IMG/VR virus record: IMGVR_UViG_3300031576_000018
Coordinates: 26,840 to 90,839 of that record
Length of the DNA stretch: 64,000 bases
Source: a virus
Reading direction: 5' to 3' (one strand)
Part shown: piece after piece, positions 57,080 through 64,000 of the stretch
How the letters are laid out: the number at the start of each line of letters is the position of its first letter
How positions within the stretch are numbered: the stretch's first letter is position 1
Notes under the pieces: model-generated
The model's database searches: none
Told to the model about the DNA's origin: nothing
Seen by the model: the letters and a program-made list of their open reading frames with translations, nothing else
Made by a program: the position numbers and the translations under genes

Positions 57080-57883
57080 TGAAGCACATTATTATGTACT
57101 CCGGCGGTCTTGTAAGTTTTGGTGCTGCCAAAGTAGTTATTGATTTATATGGCAGAGAGAATGCCTACGCTCTCTTCGCTGATGTAAAGAACGAACACCC
57201 AGATTCGTACAGATTTCTAGAAGAGTCCACAGACAAATTGGGTATTCCGCTCGTAAAGATTGAAGACGGTCGAGATGTTTGGACATTGTTTATGGATCAG
57301 AAGTTTGTAGGTAACAGCCTAGTAGACCTCTGTTCTCGCATTTTAAAACGAGAGTTAATGGATAAACACCTATTCGCCCACTTTAAGCCGCATGAGTGTA
57401 TTTCTCATGTGGGTATTGATATTTCAGAGATTCATAGGTACGAGAGGTTACGACCCAGAAAACTTCCTTATTATTTTGATGCCCCTTTATTAACCACAGA
57501 GGAGTATGAAGAAGATAAGAAGTTTAAATTTAAGACCAAGGACTTAATTCCAAACTGGCTTAACTCTCTTTCTAGAGCCACCTGCGTTGTACAAGTATGG
57601 CTTTCCCAACAACAACTGTTGGGGAGCCTGTGTAAAAGCAGGTTTAGGACAATGGCGTTTGGTTTGGAAATTCTTTCCAGCCGTTTATATCAACTCTGAG
57701 AGCAGAGAGCAAGACTTTATTCGTAATGTCAGTGCAAACCATAAAGGTTTCCTACATAAGCAAATTAAAAATAAAAAAGGTTACTTAACATTAAAGCAGT
57801 ACAGAGAAGATTATCTAGAGAAAGGAAAGGTATCTAAAGAAGAGCAGCTAGACTATGGCGGTTGTGGCTGCGCTTTAGAATAA
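57079..57883 (+). pseudogene. PAPS-reductase-like (PP-loop) gene split by a +1 frameshift near 57570
   Basis: YSGG..S, CSRILKRE in frame 0; LEPPALYKYGFPNNNCWGACVKAG..GGCGC in the +1 frame. Confidence 0.75.
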
Positions 57884-57885
57884 TT

Positions 57886-58134
57886 ATGAGAATACTAAAA
57901 TCGGAAGATAGCTTTTATATTGATTGTTCAACTATTTACGCTATGCAGCACGATAAGGAAGAGGAACTTTTAAAACTCTACTTTGGAAGTTCAGAAACAG
58001 TTATCATCATCCACTGTAAAGAGAAAGACTTTATTCCAAAGCGGTTGTTCACCATTTTAAAAGCAACCTGTATAACATCGGAGGTTTTAACCTACCAAGA
58101 ATTAGAAAGTCTAATAGCACTGGGGGAATATTAG
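57886..58134 (+). CDS. Hypothetical protein
   Basis: ORF in operon. Confidence 0.55.
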   Translation: MRILKSEDSFYIDCSTIYAMQHDKEEELLKLYFGSSETVIIIHCKEKDFIPKRLFTILKATCITSEVLTYQELESLIALGEY

Positions 58135-58136
58135 TA

Positions 58137-58319
58137 GTGGAAGATTTCTTGAATAAGAACCCGGTTTGTGCGTGGGCTTTAACAGTTGTCGCTGTTTACT
58201 TAGCGACAACTATTTTGTTTCTATCCTGTCTACTTACACTTGTAAGTTGGATATGGTTGGGTGAACACATTGCGGAGTTTTTTAATTTACCAATAGAGAT
58301 ATTTTGTTTAAAGGAGTGA
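58137..58319 (+). CDS. Small membrane protein
   Basis: Long hydrophobic stretch. Confidence 0.55.
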   Translation: MEDFLNKNPVCAWALTVVAVYLATTILFLSCLLTLVSWIWLGEHIAEFFNLPIEIFCLKE

Positions 58320-58322
58320 ACT

Positions 58323-58934
58323 ATGAATTTCTTTGGCTTTTGTCCTCTTTGTAACATACGAGGCATTACTGGGTTTTGGTACGACCAACACGATATGCAA
58401 AATCAATTCAGAGAATGGGTGATCGGTTATAAAGTAGACACCGATCCTTACTTAGAAGGTCACGAAGTCGCTGCTTACCTAGGTGATTGTGAGAATAGTC
58501 TGCTCGACAGAGAAAGGATAAAGAGAAGCATACAAGATTGTATGCTAATGCCCTTCAACAATATTGTAGAGGCTAGAAAATCAAGTTTATCACCAAAAGA
58601 GATTCGATGTATTTCTTGTAGTAAAGATGGTGTTGTCGGGAGTGGGTTTCAGTTTATGTACGGAGATGCAGAGAAAAGTGTATTTCAGTGTAATACCTGT
58701 TACCTAAAAAGACCTACCCCACTACCAAGAATAGGACATGATTTATTAGAAGTGCTGCCGATTAAAGAGATACTTACATCTTTTAGGCATCTGAACAGGC
58801 AGAAGCAGGAGTTAGAAACTAAGCTGGTTGAAATAGATGCACTTATGCGTGAATTAGCTAATGCAGCTAGGAAACATTTACCCAATGCAGATTGGAAAGA
58901 TTTACTCGAAGAAGAAAAGAGGACAGAACTATGA
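58323..58934 (+). CDS. Cys-rich zinc-finger / coiled-coil protein
   Basis: CPLC, CISC, CNTC; RBS AAGGAG. Confidence 0.65.
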   Translation: MNFFGFCPLCNIRGITGFWYDQHDMQNQFREWVIGYKVDTDPYLEGHEVAAYLGDCENSLLDRERIKRSIQDCMLMPFNNIVEARKSSLSPKEIRCISCSKDGVVGSGFQFMYGDAEKSVFQCNTCYLKRPTPLPRIGHDLLEVLPIKEILTSFRHLNRQKQELETKLVEIDALMRELANAARKHLPNADWKDLLEEEKRTEL

Positions 58935-59206
58935 TATTAGACAACACTAAATATTTGGAGAAGGAAAGCGTAAAGAAACCTCTCCAGACGAGTGTAACGA
59001 TAGATTATGAGGTCGGTTTTATAGTCATTAGTATTCCACAACATCTTCCTATAGGAAGTGAGTCAGATTTTGAAAACAAGTTATTGAAGATAAGCATAAA
59101 AATGGATAATCCAGAGATTAAACTCAAAGGAAGAGAAAAGGTAACCTGTCCATTTAACGCATTAACAGATATAGAAATTAGGGAGAGAAGAAATGACAGA
59201 GGATAA
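58931..59206 (+). CDS. Hypothetical protein
   Basis: ATGA-coupled. Confidence 0.55.
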   Translation: MILDNTKYLEKESVKKPLQTSVTIDYEVGFIVISIPQHLPIGSESDFENKLLKISIKMDNPEIKLKGREKVTCPFNALTDIEIRERRNDRG

Positions 59207-59402
59207 GTTATTTTGTGAACTATCTTGGGATAAGCACAAACTTACAACGGAAGAAAGAGAGAAAAGGCTTCAGGCGTTAAGAGAGCACTACAAGATGACT
59301 GACGAAGAGATGGTCACACGGTTTAAAAATGGTATTGGGTCGTGGGGATCTGGTATAACCGAGTGGTTAGTTTTAATTGGCAGAGGCGATTTGGTGCTTT
59401 GA
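59193..59402 (+). CDS. Hypothetical protein
   Basis: RBS GGGAG. Confidence 0.55.
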   Translation: MTEDKLFCELSWDKHKLTTEEREKRLQALREHYKMTDEEMVTRFKNGIGSWGSGITEWLVLIGRGDLVL

Positions 59403-59450
59403 CTAGAGAGTGATAAAAAATATGAAAGAGGACGAGGAGAGTTATAGACA

Positions 59451-59639
59451 ATGAAATTAAGTAAAGCAAACATTAAGAACCATCACAAAGCAGAGGAACT
59501 GTTAAAACGAGGAGACTTAACCAGCGATGAAAAACTATTTGTTTTCTCTCACTGGAGAGAGGATTATTACAATGTGGTTGCGCCAGTAGGCACTTTTTTA
59601 CGCCTGTTCAGTAGAACCTGTTTATCATACCTGTGGTAG
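59451..59639 (+). pseudogene. Truncated N-terminus of a SAM-dependent DNA methyltransferase-like gene
   Basis: MKLSK..H.KAEELLK..LT.DEK.FV..W.E; adding one T to the T6 run at 59594-99 restores GTFFTP, then a stop follows. Confidence 0.55.
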
Positions 59640-59763
59640 AAACTGTGAGATAGAAGAGTGCACAGGAAGTGGAAATAAGTATTTTATGGAGCAAGAGATT
59701 AATTGCTTAGATGAGGTGTTGAGCTGTATAGAGACTTATAAATAGTTTAAAGGGGTAAGATAA

Positions 59764-60004
59764 ATGTTTATGGATTTAAAAGAATTGATAGTGTTTAATG
59801 CGTTAGCTAGTGAGATAGGTTAAAGAAAAGCCTTCTTGTTAAAGGATATCTATCTTAGAACGAGTTATCCCTCAGCTCCAGATGCTTAAGAGAATAAACA
59901 TTACCCAGTTGTATACCATGTTAGGAGAACTCATAGAGGATAATTTAATAGCCTGTACTAAACTTTTTAAGGGGCAAGCATACGGGTATAGAATTAATTG
60001 GTAG
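59764..60004 (+). pseudogene. Decayed third paralog of the initiator wHTH domain
   Basis: ALASEIG*RKAFLL then +1 frame LYTMLGELIEDNLI..YRINW. Confidence 0.5.
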
Positions 60005-60267
60005 TCTAATCCGTATAAACATTAGATAAGGGTAAACTGAGAGTGTGCTAGAATCTTACTATGTTTTAGACAGCTACTTACGTAGCCTTATTAGCTGTGG
60101 ATAGGAATAAGGAAACCAGTGGGTTTTGGAGAGTGCTTTAGGAATGGAATTTGGCGGAAAGTAGAAGAATTTAGAAGTGCCCAGAGGGCTTTCAAAAACA
60201 CAAGGGAAATCTGCAAATTTTCATTCCTCCTTGCCGTAGTATAAGCTAGAATAGCCTACCTTTCTTT

Positions 60268-60296
60268 AGAATACAGCAATCAACCAACTTTGTCAA
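60268..60296 (-). promoter_or_regulatory. Minus-strand sigma70-like promoter
   Basis: TTGACA-17-TATTCT on the reverse strand. Confidence 0.5.
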
Positions 60297-61460
60297 GCAA
60301 ATTAGCGCACTTTCAGAATACACCCTCTTTAAAAGTGTGCGGAACGCACTGACGACCAGGATGGAGAGCCTGAAGCTATCCGTGTTATTCCTTCCACTTT
60401 ACCCCCCGTGGGGAAGAAACCTAGTACTAGTCATTACCAAATTTTTATTTACTTGATATAGAACTAGAAGAGATAAATCAGGGGAAAAAGCCTGAAAACA
60501 GGAAAACATTTTTTTATAAAATGGACGAATTTGATTTTTGATTTCTTACTTTTGGTAGTAGAAATTTAGTCAATCCTGTTGGTTCCTATTATAAGATATG
60601 CCTTAATTATACAAGAAAATGGCAGGAAAAGAAAGATAAAAGTGCCATTTCTAAGGGTATATTTTAATCAAATATGTAGGATATAACCAGGTTTTTGTAG
60701 TATACAGAGGAATATTGTAAATAAGCCCTTTTTCACTTTATCTCATAAAGTAGAATTGGAAAGGACAAAAAGTAAAAATGGTTATATTCTTTAGTTTTCT
60801 AACATATCTGGCAGAGGTTCTCAGAACGAAATCCCTCATGCTAACTGTAAATACAAAACACGTCTAGATTCAGCGGCTTTAGCTAATGAAGATTTGTAAA
60901 GTACCTAAAAAATTGATATTAAGAGTAGAGGCTAGCTTTACGAAGATATAACGAGTAATCAAGAGAGAATCACTTAACCCCAAAAAAGGGGTAGGAATAA
61001 ATGGTGCTATCAGTAGAGAAAGCTGTGCCACAATTACCGTTTGACAGAATACAACAGAATACACGTGTGTAAAACGTAAACCGTCCCGACTTTTTTACAT
61101 TTCTTTACAATTAAAGAGACAGGAATTTACTTTGTGGGTTAAAGTTATAAATAGAGAAGTACGATACTCACAGAATAACTGAAATCTGTACCATACCAAC
61201 ATTTGACAGGTGTATAGCGTAGGCGTACAGGGTAAACGTGTAACGTAGATGTAGAAAATGGGGGAAATTTTGAAATAAAATCCTTACCGGAGAACAGGGC
61301 TCCCGCCTGTTCTCCCCCAGGAAATTCCCAGCCTAAAATTCCCCTTCCCAGAAATTGGCAGTGGGTGTGATAGGGCTTCGCCTAGTGAAATGTTTCCAGA
61401 CTCCCTTTCCTCAAATTGTCAGCTTCTTTGAAGCTCTTTTCTTTAACCTTTCATATTTAT

Positions 61461-61490
61461 ATTATAACTCATTACGTGCTACAAAGTCAA
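61461..61490 (-). promoter_or_regulatory. Minus-strand sigma70 promoter with no downstream ORF
   Basis: TTGACT-18-TATAAT on the reverse strand. Confidence 0.7.
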
Positions 61491-61511
61491 TAGCTAAATG
61501 AGTTATTTTTG

Positions 61512-61553
61512 AAAAAAAAAATAAAAAAAATTAGAGGGTATCCCCTACCCTCT
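61512..61553 (-). terminator. Minus-strand intrinsic terminator
   Basis: AGAGGGTA gggga TACCCTCT followed by long U-runs on the reverse strand. Confidence 0.8.
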
Positions 61554-61566
61554 GGAAATTTTGAGG

Positions 61567-61707
61567 TTAACTTACTGCTCTCAGAGCTACGATTAGCTCT
61601 TGAGTTGTTAGCCCTTGCGCTGCCAACATAGCGACAATTGTAGCTATGGGTGCGAGGGTTTCATTTCCCAAGTGTATGATTTCTTGTACAATTTCTTGTT
61701 TGCTCAT
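61567..61707 (-). CDS. Unannotated 46-aa microprotein
   Basis: MSKQEIVQEIIHLGNETLAPIATIVAMLAAQGLTTQELIVALRAVS; AAGGA RBS, TGcTACAAT -10 upstream, terminator downstream. Confidence 0.75.
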   Translation of the reverse strand: MSKQEIVQEIIHLGNETLAPIATIVAMLAAQGLTTQELIVALRAVS

Positions 61708-62191
61708 TTGTTTTGTTTCCTTTTTATTTTACGTTTTATACCTATATTGTAGCACGAAATAAACAAAACTTGCTACCAATTTTGTATTTAGTTTGTGTTA
61801 AATTTGTTTAACAAACCTTCTCTCAATCTCTACCGGTTTGCCCTACACTTTTTACCTACAAAATTAGCCTATGCTCTTGAGACTCGTTTAAATCCATTTC
61901 TAGCCATGTTTCTAACTTGTGGTACTAAATCATTACTTGCTCTCAAACTCTATACTCCGCATGAACACTATGTTTGAGACTCATAACAAATCATTAACAG
62001 TTAAACCCCCATGCTAAAAAACGCTTATATATAGATGTTTAGAGAAAGTGCCTCAAACCCAGTAATAGCACCATTTTTTAAGTTTCCAGACAAATAATCG
62101 AACATTGATGAAAAAGGCTAATTGTAAGAGAACAGAAGAGAACACTACTGATTATGTGCTACAAATAAACAAGTATGGCACAATATGAGAC

Positions 62192-62220
62192 TAGACAATG
62201 ATACCATTTTGATATATGAT
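62192..62220 (+). promoter_or_regulatory. Plus-strand sigma70-like promoter
   Basis: TAGACA-17-TATGAT. Confidence 0.6.
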
Positions 62221-62226
62221 AGCTAT

Positions 62227-62365
62227 ATCGAAAGACAAACAAATCGAAGCGATTCTAACAAGAGTCATCGAAGCGACTTTCTAGTTTAATCTTACTAGCT
62301 GTGAGCATAACACAGTATTGAAAAAAACAATGCGAGTGTTATAGATTGTCACTCAATACAATCTA
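62227..62365 (+). ncRNA. Candidate structured RNA/leader: five hairpins plus H-type pseudoknot
   Basis: Consecutive stems seen by eye directly after the promoter. Confidence 0.45.
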
Positions 62366-62390
62366 AATAAATAGGTTATAGGTAATTGTT

Positions 62391-62636
62391 ATGATGTGTG
62401 CCCCTGAATTAAGAAAAAATGCTACTAGATACACGATTGGTACTAATACATCTGTTTTAGATTTGTTTAGAACAGATAATTTTGAGGATGTTAAAAAATA
62501 CTTCAAAGATAATTTCAGTACCGATTCTAGTATGATTTTTACTAAAAATTTAGGAGAACGTACAGACAATCATTTTCATCTCAATACTGATGAAATCTGT
62601 TGTTACAAAACAGTTACACATTACTATAACTACTAG
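62391..62636 (+). CDS. Hypothetical protein
   Basis: ORF after the structured leader. Confidence 0.5.
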   Translation: MMCAPELRKNATRYTIGTNTSVLDLFRTDNFEDVKKYFKDNFSTDSSMIFTKNLGERTDNHFHLNTDEICCYKTVTHYYNY

Positions 62637-62686
62637 TTTTATAAAATTGCTAAAAATCTATAAAATTAAAAAGGAAATTATTTATA

Positions 62687-63463
62687 ATGTCTATGAATTT
62701 TACAAATTTTGGTTCACTTCTTAAAGCCGGTATTGAATCTGTGACAGGTGTACCCGCTAAGGTAGCGGGTACACGTTCTGTTAGTGATAACTTAGTGTTT
62801 ATTCCCGCCATTGGGTTAATGGGTAACTACCCTGTGTTAACTGCCTATTTTGGCTCTGCCTTTGCCGATAGTCTATTATCAGGTGATCCTAATTTTTCCC
62901 TAATCGATCAAAATAGTATTGTTGCTCGTGTTTCTACTAAAGACAGTAACGGAAAACCTGATTTTACAAGAGGTAAAAGCAATGGCAAACCTGCTAGTAA
63001 AGCGGGTAGAATCGTTGAAGCATTGACTATGGTTATTCAAGGACAAGAAGCTATTAAGAACTATAAACACCTCAACACCTATTTTAAGTCTTTTTTATCT
63101 CACAATGATTCAAAGTCTAGAAAGTGGAAAGTCTGTAACAATTTCATTGAAACACTGGAAAGTAACCTTGTGTTAATATCTGAAAAAACTGTGTGTTCTA
63201 GTGAAGACATCGCTGTTTTAGATGGATTACTAACTATGATGAATCATTGGGATTCAAACACGGTTAATGAGGGTATTCTTAGTAACTCTCTTAATGTTAG
63301 AAGTCTTGTATTCACAGCCGATAAGGATGATTTGAAAGTTAATCAGGACAAAGTAAACTATGTGTTTACTGGTAGTTTAAAAGAACATAACATTGTTGTC
63401 GGTGATATTCTGCCTATCAATGATGTGTATGAGATCCTATTTGAACGTGAATTGAAATTCTAG
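62687..63463 (+). CDS. Hypothetical protein
   Basis: 258 aa, RBS AAGGA. Confidence 0.75.
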   Translation: MSMNFTNFGSLLKAGIESVTGVPAKVAGTRSVSDNLVFIPAIGLMGNYPVLTAYFGSAFADSLLSGDPNFSLIDQNSIVARVSTKDSNGKPDFTRGKSNGKPASKAGRIVEALTMVIQGQEAIKNYKHLNTYFKSFLSHNDSKSRKWKVCNNFIETLESNLVLISEKTVCSSEDIAVLDGLLTMMNHWDSNTVNEGILSNSLNVRSLVFTADKDDLKVNQDKVNYVFTGSLKEHNIVVGDILPINDVYEILFERELKF

Positions 63464-63612
63464 GCAATGAACGCACCCTTTCAGGTGTCAGCGGTTGGTA
63501 CACTGATTATCTTTCTCATGATCTGTATGCTGTCACAGTGTAGCGTATAGAACAAGAGTTTGTAGGTTCTCATCAAAAACCTATACCTTCTCTAAACAAA
63601 CTAATAAATCTA

Positions 63613-63903
63613 ATGGGAGCTAATAAAACAATGAGTAACACAGTTTATATGATAGGTGAAAGTTTAAGTATCAATGTTCATAGAGTGCGTTCAAAGGAAC
63701 TCAAAGCAGTCATCAAGGAGCTAAACAAAATAGCAAAGCACAAGGCAAAGATTGAGAAAGCGGAGTACTATCGCAACACGGCGATACTCAATATTGAGTA
63801 CAAGGCAGAAAAAAGAGAGCATAGCTATAAACTTTTTGCCACTTCTTTTGATGACCTCCCGCTAGTAGAGGATTATAAAGAGGAAAGGTCAAACATTATC
63901 TAG
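63613..63903 (+). CDS. Hypothetical protein
   Basis: Probable true start at MSNTV after GGGAG. Confidence 0.6.
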   Translation: MGANKTMSNTVYMIGESLSINVHRVRSKELKAVIKELNKIAKHKAKIEKAEYYRNTAILNIEYKAEKREHSYKLFATSFDDLPLVEDYKEERSNII

Positions 63904-63917
63904 GCTGTCATTCAATT

Positions 63918-63951
63918 AAAAAGACCTGCTAATTTTAGTAGGTCTTTTTTT
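63918..63951 (+). terminator. Intrinsic (possibly bidirectional) terminator
   Basis: AAAAAGACCTGCTAA tt TTAGTAGGTCTTTTTTT. Confidence 0.85.
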
Positions 63952-64000
63952 ATGTCTGGAAATATTTGAATTAACGCTACAACGTAGGCTACTACTAGGC

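Noticed and set aside
579-59473. Minus-strand ORFs in the track (for example 8300..8803, 11609..12292, 19401..19862)
   Set aside because: All lie antisense to well-supported plus-strand genes and lack RBS or motifs
1-64000. Genome-wide stop-codon reassignment
   Set aside because: TAA, TAG and TGA all end conserved genes with tight coupling; interrupted ORFs are isolated and of different kinds
59640-64000. tRNA or tmRNA genes in the non-coding region
   Set aside because: No T-loop GTTCRA with a cloverleaf was found by eye

Overview
AT-rich, almost entirely plus-strand segment of a large tailed dsDNA bacteriophage. I found no host housekeeping genes, rRNA, tRNA, CRISPR array, integrase or reverse transcriptase. 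(1) 1-22109 is a virion/lysis module: baseplate-hub-like and spike-like genes, a CHAP+PG-binding endolysin, tail fibres, a LamG lectin, an HExxH peptidase, a permuted papain-like amidase, a holin-like gene, and a tandem array of six paralogous putative tail proteins. (2) 22110-31500 holds small early-type genes behind repeated sigma70 promoter cassettes, plus UvrD, a degenerate ligase-like gene, a stand-alone beta-clamp fragment, RlpA and a Gly-repeat microprotein. (3) 31500-48000 is a replication/recombination module: initiator with internal iteron-like palindromes, DnaC-like loader, DnaB, primase, SF2 helicase, SSB, family-A polymerase, RecA, two resolvase-like genes, and a degenerate TGT/DpdA-like gene. 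(4) 48000-59640 holds further accessory genes, several of them decayed. (5) 59640-62390 is a ~2.7 kb ORF-poor control region with divergent promoters, repeated operator-like boxes, an unannotated minus-strand microprotein and structured-RNA candidates. The strongest candidates for undescribed biology are an RNA-level regulatory layer (promoter-hairpin-terminator cassettes with a conserved leader, a 3'-UTR anti-Shine-Dalgarno segment, a hairpin+pseudoknot RNA) and a set of intact but catalytically degenerate enzyme homologues. All family calls come from recognising motifs by eye, not from database searches.
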